Shown here piece by piece: positions 39,758 through 50,275 of a stretch of DNA of 64,000 nt. This DNA is from Planctomycetota bacterium (GTDB lineage: Bacteria > Planctomycetota > SZUA-567 > H5-PLA8). The position numbers and the translations under genes were made by a program. The DNA lies in assembly GCA_038227875.1 (NCBI GenBank), contig JBBRPR010000005.1, forward strand, positions 64,001 through 128,000. The letters run 5' to 3'. Each line of letters opens with the position of its first letter. Within the stretch, counting starts at the first letter, position 1. The notes below the pieces were generated by a model that saw only the letters and a list, made by a program, of their open reading frames with translations, made no database searches and was not told the DNA's origin.

Positions 39758-40789
39758 ATGCCTCGCGGACTTCATCTCGACGGGCCGGAACGGCTCTCCA
39801 TCAAGACCTACGAACCCGGACCGATGCCGGCCGATGCGGTCCGCATTCACGTTGAATTTGCAGCGATCAAACACGGCACGCTTTTTCACATGTACAGCGG
39901 CCACTCGCCGTTTGCCGGACAACGCTTCGATTCTCAGAGCCGCCTGTTTGTCGCCGATCCCAACAAGGCCGCGTGCTCGCCGGGTTTCGCGGGAAATATG
40001 GTCGTGGGCGTGGTCGATCAAGTCGGCGCTAACGTCAGCGGCGTTAAGCCGGGCGAACGGATCTTCGGTTACGCGACCTGTCGCGAAACGGCGGACCTGC
40101 ACGAATGGTGGCCGCTGGGCGCGCTGGATCCCCGCGATGCCGTCTGCACCGACCCCGGCGCGTACGGGCTGGTGGGAATTCTCGATGGCAATGTACTTTT
40201 CGGCGAGTCAGTGATCGTCTTCGGCATGGGCGCGATCGGCCTGATGGCCGTTCAATTTTTGAAAGCCAACGGCGTTCACAACATCGCCGCGGTCGATCCC
40301 GTGCCTGCACGACAGGAGTTAGCGCGACGTTTCGGCGCAACAGTCATCGATCCGTTAAAGCCGGGGCTCGACTTGGGTCTCCTCAGCCGCGAACTGACCG
40401 GCGGCCACGGCTTCGATCTGGCGATTGAATGCTCCGGACGCGTCGACGCGCTGGCGCAGTCCATTCGGACCGTCCGCATGTGCGGGCGCATCTGCTCGGT
40501 CGGATTTTACGAAGGCGCCGGCACGCCGCTGCATCTCGGCGCCGAGTGGCTCCACAACCGCCTGGAAATGATCTGCCCGATGCCGGAATGGGGCAACCCC
40601 ATGCGCCAGCATCCGCGCTGGACGCTGCGGCGTTTGCGCGACACGGTCATTGAAGCGCTACGGCGCGGCCAGGTCAGCGGCAAAGAGATCTGCGGACCGA
40701 TCACGACGCTCGACGAAGCTCCGACCCAGATTCACGCCGTGTACAAGGATTCGCGGCTAGGCCTGAAATGTTGCGTGCGCTTTAGTTAA
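39758..40789 (+). CDS. Medium-chain (zinc-binding type) dehydrogenase/reductase
   Basis: GVVDQVGANVSGVKPGERI, Rossmann GMGAIG, DLAIECSG. Confidence 0.85.
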   Translation: MPRGLHLDGPERLSIKTYEPGPMPADAVRIHVEFAAIKHGTLFHMYSGHSPFAGQRFDSQSRLFVADPNKAACSPGFAGNMVVGVVDQVGANVSGVKPGERIFGYATCRETADLHEWWPLGALDPRDAVCTDPGAYGLVGILDGNVLFGESVIVFGMGAIGLMAVQFLKANGVHNIAAVDPVPARQELARRFGATVIDPLKPGLDLGLLSRELTGGHGFDLAIECSGRVDALAQSIRTVRMCGRICSVGFYEGAGTPLHLGAEWLHNRLEMICPMPEWGNPMRQHPRWTLRRLRDTVIEALRRGQVSGKEICGPITTLDEAPTQIHAVYKDSRLGLKCCVRFS

Positions 40790-40793
40790 GCAC

Positions 40794-40829
40794 GTCAGCA
40801 TAAGGCAAATTTGCCTTATGTTGACTTTT
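40794..40829. terminator. Intrinsic terminator between convergent genes
   Basis: GTCAGCATAAGGCA-AATT-TGCCTTATGTTGAC hairpin followed by TTTT. Confidence 0.75.
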
Positions 40830-40883
40830 AACCACCTGGCAAATTTGCCATATGGTCTACACCAGTGACACAGCCGCAGTTGC

Positions 40884-43800
40884 TCAGGCCATGCCGCGCG
40901 CTTCCTCCGCGCTGGCCACCAGGTTGATGCTCGGCTGCGCGGGCGCTGGAAGCGCCGGCGGAGCGGGCGGTTCCTGTTTGCAGCGGACTCGGACCTGGAT
41001 CTGATGCTTCGCAGCATCGTTGACCAGCTTGAACGATTCCGTCCAGCGGTTCTCGCCTTCGCTGTATTCCGTTTCCACGGCATTTTCGTCGGGAAGGATG
41101 GTGAATTCGTAGCTCGTGTCCCAGAACTGATACTTCAGCTTGAACGATTTCCAATCAGCAGGAACGCACGGCTGAATGCGCAGCACGTCCTTCTCGATGT
41201 GGAAGCCGAGCAGCGATTCCATGATCGTGCGGTACATCCAGCCAGCCGATCCGGTGTACCAGGTCCAACCGCCGCGCCCGACGTGCGGAGCGACGCCGTA
41301 GATATCCGCGGCGACGACGTACGGTTCGACCTTGTACGTCTCGGTCGTCGCTGGCGTCAACGCGTGGTTGATCGGATTGACGATCGAGAGCAATTCCCAC
41401 GCGGTTTCGTGGCGGCCAAGTTTCGCGAAGGCCATGATCACCCAGAGCGCGGCGTGCGTGTACTGCCCGCCGTTTTCGCGCACACCCGGGACATACCCCT
41501 TGATGTAACCAGGGTCCAGCTTGGATGAATTAAACGGCGGCTCGAAGAGCTGAATCAACTTTTCGTCGCGCTTGATCAGGCGGGCGTTGACGCACTCCAT
41601 CGCCTGGCGGCTGCGTTCCGGATCGCCGGCGCCGGAGAGGATCGACCAGCTCTGCGGCAGCGAATCGATCTGGCATTCGGCGTTTTCCGCGGAGCCCAGC
41701 GGGGTACCGTCGTCGAAGTACGCGCGGCGGTACCAGTTGCCATCCCACGCGTTTGCTTCGATGCTTTGCCGGAGCAACAGCGCCTGCGCGGCGCAGCGCT
41801 CGGCGAAGACCGTGTCGCCACGCACCCGCGCCACTTGCTCGAACTGCGTGAGCACATCAAAGAGAAAGAATGCCAGCCAGACACTTTCGCCCTTGCCGTG
41901 CACACCGATGCGGTTCATGCCGTCATTCCAGTCTCCGCAGCCCATCAACGGCAAACCGTGAACGCCGTAACGCAAACCGTGCTCGATCGCGCGTGCGCAA
42001 TGATCGTAGAGCGTGCCCGACTGCTCGGACTTCAGTGGCAGATCGTAGTATGATTCCTCGTCGGCGTTGACCTGCCGGCCTTCGACGAACGGCATTGCTT
42101 CATCGAAAATGCGCGCGTCGCCAGTAATTTTTGCGTACTGGCACGCGGCGAACGGCAGCCACAGGTAATCGTCGGAAAAGTGCGTGCGCACGCCGCGCCC
42201 GGAGGGCGTGTGCCACCAGTGCTGCACGTCGCCTTCGCGGAATTGATGGCGCGCAGCCATGAGCAGATGCTGGCGTGTCAGCGCGGGATGCGAATGCAGC
42301 AGCGCCATCGAATCCTGCAACTGGTCGCGGAATCCGAACGCGCCGCCGGACTGGTAGAATCCCGTACGCGCCCACATGCGGCAGCTCAAGGTCTGATAGA
42401 GCAGCCAGCCGTTGGCGAGCAGATCGACTTTCGGGTCGGGCGTCTCGACGTTCAAGCCGGAGAGCGTTTCGTTCCAGAATTCCTTCACCGCCGTGAGCGC
42501 CTGTTGCGCGCCACCCAGCTGCCCGAACCGGCCGAGCAGATTCTGAACATCGCTGGGATCCTGGCCAATGCCCAGTTCGAAGACAACTTCGATGCTTTCA
42601 CTCGCACCCAGCGTGAACGGCACATGCAACGCCGCGCACGGATCCAGGCCCGCGCCGACTCTTCCCGACAACCTCAAGCGCGAGAGAGCCACGGGGTCTT
42701 TCAGCGTGCCGTTACGGCCGATGAACTCGGTCCGGTCACCGGAGTACGAAGTCGGACGCACGCTTGAAGAGACAAACGCGACGCGTCCGGGGAAATCGCT
42801 GCTGTACGGGTTGCGCGCGAAGATCGCGCCGGATCGCGGATCGATCTCCGTGGTAATGTGCATGTGGCTCTTGCCGCGCAATTCGGCCAGCACCCATTCG
42901 AAATAACCCCACGTCGAGAGCTTGCGCGTGCGGCCGGAACGGTTGACCAGCTTCAGCCGCATGAATTTCATGGGCGCATCCATCGCCACGTAAACACTCA
43001 GAGTGGAAGAAATGCCTTCCGCCGAGGTCTCGAAGGTGCTGTAACCGAACCCGTGCCGCACCACGTACGCGGATGGTCCGCGGCTGGGCAGCGGCGTCGG
43101 CGACCAGTAGAGTCCCGATTCATCGTCGCGGATGTAAATCGCTTCGCCGGTTGTGTCCGTCACCGGATCGTTGCTCCACGGTGTCAGGCGGTATTCGTGG
43201 CTGTTCTCCAGCCACGTGTACGCGCCGCCGCTTTCGGAGATGACGGTGCCGAACGTGGGATTGGCCATCACGTTCACCCACGGTGCGGGTGTCGTGTGGT
43301 TCTTCTCGAGAATCGTGACGTATTCGCTGCCGTCGGCGGAGAATCCGCCTGTACCGTTGAAGCACTTCAAGCCGCGCGTATCCGCCGCGCTCACCCGGTC
43401 CGGCAACGCCATCGACTTGCGCTGCGGCGGCTTCAGCAGCGGCACCATCACTTCGGTGCGGGTTCGTTTGTCGACCTGCTCCGCAAACGTTCCGGCGGAG
43501 TCGCTCAAGACCACGCGCGCCACGGTCTGCAACAGCGTGCGGTCCTCTTCGGAAATCTGCTCCGCGCGGCGCACAAAAATTCCGCCCGCCTTGTCGAGCA
43601 ACTGCGCGTGGCGTCCGGCGGCGATCAGGCCAATGATCTGGTCGTAGAGCGCCTGACGGTACACTGACGGATCGTCATTGGTGAGGACCAGGTCCGAGAC
43701 CAAACCCTTCATGCGCCAGAACGCGTGCGCCTGCACGCACTGCCGCACGAGCTCCAAATTGGCGGAGTCGCTGATGCGCACCATCACGATGGGCAGGTCG

Positions 43801-46800
43801 CCGGAAATTCCGTACGACCAGAGTCCCGACTGGCCACGCCGGTTCTTGGCGAGCACCGCCGCGCTGGCGCGTCGATGCTGCGAGGCGTAGATGATCGATC
43901 CCGCCAGCTTGTTGTAGAGCTGTGCTTCGGATTCGGTGCAATTGAGCTGGCGCAGCGAGACCTGCGCGTGCGTCCATGCCATGTCGAAGACGCGGTCGGA
44001 GAGGCGTTCGTCGCGGTACTTGTCGATCAGCGCGATCGACTGGTCGCGTGTGTCGGTCATGCCGCAGATCAAATCCACCGTCACCGTTTCGCCCGGCTGC
44101 AGGCGCAGGGTTCGGCGGATCGAGACGATGGGATCGAGCACCGATCCGCTGGACCCGCTCAGCCGTTCGTTGCGCAGTGCCGCCGGTTCGTGCAGCGTTT
44201 GAGTCCGGCCGATGAACGTGGCGCGGCTGGTTTCGAATGTGACTTGGCCGGTCTCCTGGCTGCGCACGGCCAGCGAATGGAAGAGCACGGGCGGATTCTC
44301 CCCCGTCATGCGCGGGCGGCGCGTGCAGATGATCGATTCACGCTGCGCGTCGATCTGTGTCTGGACAAACAGATTGTTGAACGCCGGGTGCGCCGCATCC
44401 GCGCCCTGCGGTGTGATCACGACTTCGCCGTAGCTGGTGAATTCCAGCGTTCGCACCAGATTGGAATTGTTGGTCACCCGGGTACGCCGGATTTCGACAT
44501 CGTCCTCTGCCGACACACTGATTTCGGTGTGGAGATCGATGTGGTGATCGCGGCGGCGGAATTCCACGCGGCCTTCGCTGAAGATGGCTTCGTATTTATC
44601 CGGACGTCCACGGGTCGGCTGGTACGACGTCGACCAGATCGCACCGGAATTCACATCCCGGATGTAGCAGAACAAACCGAAGGAGTCGCGCACCGCATCT
44701 TCGCGGAAGCGCGTGACCGCCAGGTCCTTCCACCGGCTGTAACCGCTGCCGGCGGCGTTGACCATGACATGGTAGCGGCCGTTGGAAAGCAGATGCAGTT
44801 CCGGCACCGGCGTGCTGGGATCGGTGACGACCCGCAGCGCGCATTCGGCCACGACGCCCGGCGTCTGCGACTGGGTGACTTCCGCCGGATGCGGCATGAT
44901 CGCCATCGTCGCTTTCGGCACGCGTTCCTGCAGCAGCAGATCGGCGACCTTGAATATCGGCTCCGACGCAAAGCGCCGCTGCATCGGCTTGTTGTGCAGG
45001 ACGTAGTCGAGCGCCAGCAGGCTCATGCCCTGATGATGGGCCATGTACGAACTTACCGGCACGCTCTTTTGATTGGGCGGCAGGCGGGACGGCGTGTAGT
45101 CGATCGCTTCGTAAAATCCGAACGGGCCGACGCGGTCATCGGCCGAAAGGCGCTGCATGTTCCGGCACGCATTTTCCGGCGCGACCATCAGCGCCATCAC
45201 CGTCGCATACGGCGCGATGACCAGGTCTTCGCCCAATCCGCGCTGCAGCCCCAGGCCCGGCACGCCGAACGCGCGGTACTGATAGTTCAAATGCGCATCG
45301 GTGAGGTTGTAACCGGATTCCGAAATCCCCCACGGCACGCCGCGGCTCTTGCCGTACGCCATCTGCTGGCGCACCACGCCGTGGTAGGTCTGATCCAGCA
45401 GCGTGCCTTCGTAGGTCGGCATGACCAGCAGCGGCATGAGGTATTCGAACATCGAGCCGCTCCACGAGACCAGCGTCGCCATGCTGGCGCTGCCGGTGAT
45501 CTGGCGGCCGAGTGCGAACCAATGTTCCTGATCGACCTGGCCCAGCGCAATCGCGACGTAGCTGGCCACGCGCGCTTCCGACGCGAGCAGGTCGTAGCAG
45601 CTGTTGTCCAGCTTGTGATTAACGACGCTGTAACCGATCGAGAAGAGCTTTTTCGTCGGCACATACAGGAAGCCGAAATCCATCTCGCCAGCCAACTCGC
45701 CGGCCAGATCCGCGAGCGCTTCGAGCTCACTGATCGCCTTCTGCGCTCGATAGGCCAACTCCGGATCGTGGAGCGGATCGCCTTCCTTGGCGGAAGCAAT
45801 CGTGCGCAGCGAGGTTTTCAAATTCGGCTGGGTCGTTCCGGCCGTCAGCAATGAAGGCGCGAATTGTTGAATGGTCTGCAGCCAGCCATCGGCCTGGCGG
45901 CTTAACGCATCGACCCAATTAATTTCAGATTCCCGCAGACTGACCGTGAATTCGGCAGACCACTGCGCGCAGGCCGCTTTAACGTCGCTAAGTAAATGAA
46001 GCGCCGCGTGCCCCGACATTTGCCCGGCATCAATTTTCGCCTCGAAGGCCTCAATCCTTTTGGCCAGTTCCGTGCCTTCCACGGAGGACGTCGCGCGCAG
46101 GCGCTCCTGCATCACGCGCAAGGTGTCGGCGATTCCGTTCATCATCTGCGGGGAGACTAGCGGGACGTCGGCCAGTTCCAGCAGGCCGCGCTGCAGCGTG
46201 AACAGATGGCAGGCGAGATTTCCGGAGTCCACCGTCGACACATAGAGCGGATTGAGCGGCTTGAGCGTCAGCGTGTCGTACCAGTTGTAGAAGTGCCCGT
46301 GCGAGCGTTCCAGGCTGTGCATGCTGGCCAGCATCGCCTGGCAGCGTTCGATCATTTCACGAACGGAAATATAGCCCAGGTCCATCGCCGCCAGATTCGC
46401 CAGCAGGGCCATGCCCATGTTCGTCGGCGAGGTGCGATGCGCGATGATGCTAATCGGCTGTTCCTGAAAGTTGTCCGGCGGCAGCCAGTTTTCTTCCGCG
46501 TTGACGAAACGGTCGAAGAACGCCCACGTCTGCCGCGCAGTCGTGCGCAGAAAGCGGAGATCTGACGCCGAGAGCCGCACTTCCTGCTTCCGCGCGGGCA
46601 GACTGATCTGCAGCGCCAGCAGAGGCGAGATCATCCACAATATTCCCAGGGCCGCCGCCACCGGCAGCGCCTGCGGCACGGCGTCCACAGCCGCGGCGAT
46701 CACCGCCGCACCGAGAATCGGACCCAGCCACATCGCCCGCGCTGTGTGCACCAGGCTCGTGTTCACCATCTGCTCGGCTTCACTGGACGTGGTCCATTCC

Positions 46801-49565
46801 AGCAACCTGCGGCCGGAGAGCATCAAACGGAAGAGTGTTCGCGCCACAGCGTCCAGGGAGAGCCACGCCTCGTACGGCAAGTAGGAAACATTAAGCACCG
46901 CGCGGGAAGCATCCTTGGTCGTGCGCGTGAGTAGCGCGCCAAACTGAAGAAGAATGGGGCTCTTGTTGTCGAGACCAAACAGCCCCTGAATCGCATCGAG
47001 AACGACCGGCAGCGCGGGGATCATTAGAAGGTAGAGCGTCCACGTCTGCGGATTCGTGGCGAAGTACCAGCCGCCGAGCAGCGCCGCGACGAAAGCAATG
47101 GGCACAAGGCTGCGCCGCAGATTGTCGAAGATTTTCCACTTCGATGACCAGGCGAGCGGATTGGTGCGCGTAGTATTTCCGAAAGCGGGCACCCACGGCA
47201 GCAACCAGCGCCCGATCTGCCAGTCGCCGCGCATCCAGCGGTGACGGCGGGCTGTGTCTGCAAGGTACCGCGATGGAAAATCTTCGAAGATCTGAATGTC
47301 TGTCGCCAGTCCGCAGCGCACGTAGCTGCCTTCAAGCAAGTCGTGACTCAGGATGCGGTTTTCCGGCAGCACGCCACCGAGCGTCTGTTCGAACACCCGG
47401 ACGTCGTAGATGCCTTTGCCAATGAACGAACCTTCGCCGAACAGATCCTGATACACGTCTGAGACCAGCTGCGTGTACGGATCGATTCCCGGCTCACCGC
47501 CGTAAAGCCGCGAAAACCAGGTGCTCTGCGCGCTGGTCAGCGTGACCGCGGCAGTGGGCTGAAGCAGTCCGAAACCGCGTGTGACGCGCTTTATATTTTC
47601 ATCAAAGTAGGGGCGATTGAGCGGATGGGCGAGCGTCCCGATCAATTTCTGCGCGCTGCCGGCCGGAAGTTGCGTATCGGCGTCGAGCGTGATGACAAAC
47701 TGCACGCCTTGCAGCGCGTTCCGGTCGCCGACGATGCGGAGAAAGTCGCCCTCACGCTCACCCTTCAGCAGGAAATGATTGAACTCCGCGAGCTTGCCGC
47801 GCTTGCGTTCGTAGCCAATCCAGCGCCGCTCACGCTCGTTCCATTTTCGCGCGCGGTGGAAGAGGTAGAAGACGTCGTCCGTGCCGCCGCAATAGGTTTT
47901 GTTAAGCGCGGCGATCCCGGCCGATGCGTACTCGAGCAACTTTTCATCGCCGTCGACATTCTGCTGATCCGCGTCCTTGTAGTCGCTCAGCAAGGCAAAG
48001 CGCACAGCGCGGTCGCGGTTGCCGAGGTAGCGGATTTCGAGCTTTTCCAACAAATGGTCGATGCTGCCCGTACTCGTCAGCATGCAGGGCACGGCGACGA
48101 CTGATTTGTATTCGGCGGGAATCTGCTTCGAGAAGTCGAGCCGTGAAAGATGGCTGGGCGGCGCAAACCGCGTGGCCAGCCAATTGGCCATCGAGACACC
48201 CAGCTGTGATGCCACCAGCGCGAGCACGCCCGCGAGGATCACTGCGGCTTCAATCGGCAGCGCGCGCCACTGCACCGGCGCCAGCGCGAAGTAGAGCGCC
48301 GTCAGCAACACAATGCCGAAGACATATCCCACCAGCGCCCCGCTGCGCAAACCGCGCTTGAGCCGCGCCCCAAAAAGCTGATGACCGCAGATCCGCTGCT
48401 CGAGCTCCGCTGCGCCGTCGTCGACCAGGTAATAGCCCACGTGCTTGCGGAAATCGCGCCCGCACTGCGCGGCGCTTTCGAAAGCGCAATCCACGGCGCC
48501 CTGCGCCACCGCCGCTTCGGCGACGTCCGTGCGCCGGGCCAATTTCTCGACCACGTGACGGTACCGGTCGCGTGTGGCGAAATCCATGCTCGCGTAAACT
48601 TTCAACGGATCGCCGAGCAGGATCCGCTCCACGCTGCTGGACGACTCCACGAACTCGCGCCAATCGATGGCATCCAGCGCCCGCAGACTTTCGATGCAGT
48701 TCCCGATCGAAATCTGATCGGCCGCCTGGCGCTGATTTTCCTCATGCAGCGACTCTTCGCGGGTCGTCCCCTGCTCCGCCAGGCGCTGTTCGACGAACGA
48801 ATGGACGAGCGAGAAATTCTGCCCGAGACCTTGGAGCTGCCGCGTCAGTTCAGAGACAAACGTGCTGGAAAGTTTCGATGTCGCGCGCGAGAGATCGGCG
48901 AGCGTGAGGATGACTCCGGTGGAACTGGAGTCCGACGTCTTGACCAGCCGCTCGACCCACTCGGCGGCGGCGTTGCGGTCCAGTTGACTGCGCGCAATGC
49001 GGATCGCCACGCCACGGAGATTTTCGATGATGGCCAGGCGCAGCATGATCGGAATCGCCCACAGTTCGCCCAGGCGCAAGTCCGCACCGGTCTGGTAGGC
49101 GTTCACAAATTGCTTGATGTTCGTCGCGTCAACTTTGCCGTCAGCGTGGGAGATCAATTCAAACGCGATGGCGTACACGCGCGGAAAACCCGCGTGCGGA
49201 CCTTGCGTCAGGCGCGGCAATTCCCGGCTGTACCCGCGCGGCAGATGGCTGCGCACGGTAAAGATCTGTTTTTCGATCAGGTAAAAATTGTCGAGCAGCC
49301 ATTCTGACGCCGGCGAGACACGTTCTTTGCGCGCCGCGGCATCACTGATCAACTGGTAGGTGCGGGTGAGCACCCGTTCGTTTTCGCGCAGCCGCGGCAG
49401 GAGCTTGTTGCCGCGCTTCCGGGGCTCAAACACATGACCCTGCGCAACGGAGAGCGCGTGAGCTTCCAATTGTGGAAGCGTGTAGATTTCGGTCCGGAGC
49501 GCCGGTTCCTCCATCGCTGCAAATTCAACGTTGTCAACGAGTCCTGCGCCTAGATCCAACTTCAT
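40884..49565 (-). CDS. ndvB: Cyclic beta-1,2-glucan synthase (Cgs/NdvB/ChvB type; GT84 plus C-terminal GH94 phosphorylase region)
   Basis: 2893 aa; WLLDNFY, GYERKRGKL, ITLDADT, SHDLLEG, RRHRWMRGDWQ, SWSGSMFEYLMP, YQSGGAFGFRDQLQD, GDWNDGMN, RENGGQYTH, WYTGSAGW. Confidence 0.96.
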   Translation of the reverse strand: MKLDLGAGLVDNVEFAAMEEPALRTEIYTLPQLEAHALSVAQGHVFEPRKRGNKLLPRLRENERVLTRTYQLISDAAARKERVSPASEWLLDNFYLIEKQIFTVRSHLPRGYSRELPRLTQGPHAGFPRVYAIAFELISHADGKVDATNIKQFVNAYQTGADLRLGELWAIPIMLRLAIIENLRGVAIRIARSQLDRNAAAEWVERLVKTSDSSSTGVILTLADLSRATSKLSSTFVSELTRQLQGLGQNFSLVHSFVEQRLAEQGTTREESLHEENQRQAADQISIGNCIESLRALDAIDWREFVESSSSVERILLGDPLKVYASMDFATRDRYRHVVEKLARRTDVAEAAVAQGAVDCAFESAAQCGRDFRKHVGYYLVDDGAAELEQRICGHQLFGARLKRGLRSGALVGYVFGIVLLTALYFALAPVQWRALPIEAAVILAGVLALVASQLGVSMANWLATRFAPPSHLSRLDFSKQIPAEYKSVVAVPCMLTSTGSIDHLLEKLEIRYLGNRDRAVRFALLSDYKDADQQNVDGDEKLLEYASAGIAALNKTYCGGTDDVFYLFHRARKWNERERRWIGYERKRGKLAEFNHFLLKGEREGDFLRIVGDRNALQGVQFVITLDADTQLPAGSAQKLIGTLAHPLNRPYFDENIKRVTRGFGLLQPTAAVTLTSAQSTWFSRLYGGEPGIDPYTQLVSDVYQDLFGEGSFIGKGIYDVRVFEQTLGGVLPENRILSHDLLEGSYVRCGLATDIQIFEDFPSRYLADTARRHRWMRGDWQIGRWLLPWVPAFGNTTRTNPLAWSSKWKIFDNLRRSLVPIAFVAALLGGWYFATNPQTWTLYLLMIPALPVVLDAIQGLFGLDNKSPILLQFGALLTRTTKDASRAVLNVSYLPYEAWLSLDAVARTLFRLMLSGRRLLEWTTSSEAEQMVNTSLVHTARAMWLGPILGAAVIAAAVDAVPQALPVAAALGILWMISPLLALQISLPARKQEVRLSASDLRFLRTTARQTWAFFDRFVNAEENWLPPDNFQEQPISIIAHRTSPTNMGMALLANLAAMDLGYISVREMIERCQAMLASMHSLERSHGHFYNWYDTLTLKPLNPLYVSTVDSGNLACHLFTLQRGLLELADVPLVSPQMMNGIADTLRVMQERLRATSSVEGTELAKRIEAFEAKIDAGQMSGHAALHLLSDVKAACAQWSAEFTVSLRESEINWVDALSRQADGWLQTIQQFAPSLLTAGTTQPNLKTSLRTIASAKEGDPLHDPELAYRAQKAISELEALADLAGELAGEMDFGFLYVPTKKLFSIGYSVVNHKLDNSCYDLLASEARVASYVAIALGQVDQEHWFALGRQITGSASMATLVSWSGSMFEYLMPLLVMPTYEGTLLDQTYHGVVRQQMAYGKSRGVPWGISESGYNLTDAHLNYQYRAFGVPGLGLQRGLGEDLVIAPYATVMALMVAPENACRNMQRLSADDRVGPFGFYEAIDYTPSRLPPNQKSVPVSSYMAHHQGMSLLALDYVLHNKPMQRRFASEPIFKVADLLLQERVPKATMAIMPHPAEVTQSQTPGVVAECALRVVTDPSTPVPELHLLSNGRYHVMVNAAGSGYSRWKDLAVTRFREDAVRDSFGLFCYIRDVNSGAIWSTSYQPTRGRPDKYEAIFSEGRVEFRRRDHHIDLHTEISVSAEDDVEIRRTRVTNNSNLVRTLEFTSYGEVVITPQGADAAHPAFNNLFVQTQIDAQRESIICTRRPRMTGENPPVLFHSLAVRSQETGQVTFETSRATFIGRTQTLHEPAALRNERLSGSSGSVLDPIVSIRRTLRLQPGETVTVDLICGMTDTRDQSIALIDKYRDERLSDRVFDMAWTHAQVSLRQLNCTESEAQLYNKLAGSIIYASQHRRASAAVLAKNRRGQSGLWSYGISGDLPIVMVRISDSANLELVRQCVQAHAFWRMKGLVSDLVLTNDDPSVYRQALYDQIIGLIAAGRHAQLLDKAGGIFVRRAEQISEEDRTLLQTVARVVLSDSAGTFAEQVDKRTRTEVMVPLLKPPQRKSMALPDRVSAADTRGLKCFNGTGGFSADGSEYVTILEKNHTTPAPWVNVMANPTFGTVISESGGAYTWLENSHEYRLTPWSNDPVTDTTGEAIYIRDDESGLYWSPTPLPSRGPSAYVVRHGFGYSTFETSAEGISSTLSVYVAMDAPMKFMRLKLVNRSGRTRKLSTWGYFEWVLAELRGKSHMHITTEIDPRSGAIFARNPYSSDFPGRVAFVSSSVRPTSYSGDRTEFIGRNGTLKDPVALSRLRLSGRVGAGLDPCAALHVPFTLGASESIEVVFELGIGQDPSDVQNLLGRFGQLGGAQQALTAVKEFWNETLSGLNVETPDPKVDLLANGWLLYQTLSCRMWARTGFYQSGGAFGFRDQLQDSMALLHSHPALTRQHLLMAARHQFREGDVQHWWHTPSGRGVRTHFSDDYLWLPFAACQYAKITGDARIFDEAMPFVEGRQVNADEESYYDLPLKSEQSGTLYDHCARAIEHGLRYGVHGLPLMGCGDWNDGMNRIGVHGKGESVWLAFFLFDVLTQFEQVARVRGDTVFAERCAAQALLLRQSIEANAWDGNWYRRAYFDDGTPLGSAENAECQIDSLPQSWSILSGAGDPERSRQAMECVNARLIKRDEKLIQLFEPPFNSSKLDPGYIKGYVPGVRENGGQYTHAALWVIMAFAKLGRHETAWELLSIVNPINHALTPATTETYKVEPYVVAADIYGVAPHVGRGGWTWYTGSAGWMYRTIMESLLGFHIEKDVLRIQPCVPADWKSFKLKYQFWDTSYEFTILPDENAVETEYSEGENRWTESFKLVNDAAKHQIQVRVRCKQEPPAPPALPAPAQPSINLVASAEEARGMA

Positions 49566-49737
49566 CGCGATGCCCCATCCATTCTTGGTGAATCCGTATC
49601 TCCGCCAGACTTGCGGTGTCGATCTGCAGAGATAGCGATTTTAATGCCATCATAAATAGCGAACGCCGCGGGAAAGCGGGCGTTTCGCGACCAATAGTTG
49701 AGCGACAATCGTAGGGTGCTGACCGTATTTCGGTCGG

Positions 49738-50190
49738 TTACTGGCGGGCGGATTGCGTTCCGAGCAGCCAGTCGTTGGTGGGGTGCTGCGGTTCGGCACC
49801 CAGCACGCGGGCGACAGAACTAAGCAACAATTCCGGAAGAAACGGTTTCTGAATATAATCGGCTGCGCCCGCGATCGGCGCGTAGAGCCGATATTTAGCA
49901 CAGTCATGCGCGGTCATGAAGATGATGGGAATGTTGTATTTTGAGCGGACATCTTCAGCCAAACCAAAGCCATCCCGCGACGGCATACGGATATCGAGCA
50001 GTACCAGATGCGGCAGCGGCGACGTGTCGAATGCGGTCTGGAATTCCGCGGCGTTCTTGGCCGCGACGACGTCGTAGCCTTCCGATTCCAAAATCTGCAC
50101 GACCAGGTCGAGAATGTCCGAGTCGTCGTCCACAACGAGAATCTTCTTTACCACTGCGGGTCGTTTAATCGGTTTCATTGGCATCCTCAT
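49738..50190 (-). CDS. Single-domain response regulator (receiver)
   Basis: KILVVDDD, LLDIRMP, FMTAH, IQKPF. Confidence 0.92.
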   Translation of the reverse strand: MRMPMKPIKRPAVVKKILVVDDDSDILDLVVQILESEGYDVVAAKNAAEFQTAFDTSPLPHLVLLDIRMPSRDGFGLAEDVRSKYNIPIIFMTAHDCAKYRLYAPIAGAADYIQKPFLPELLLSSVARVLGAEPQHPTNDWLLGTQSARQ

Positions 50191-50275
50191 TTTTGATCAC
50201 AATAGCACCCAAAGCAGTGCGCAAAAACGACGCCAACTTTCCCAAAAATGGAGTGACAAACAGGAAGCAGAATTT

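Noticed and set aside
43725..45854. 709-aa plus-strand ORF
   Set aside because: Antisense shadow of the glucan synthase.
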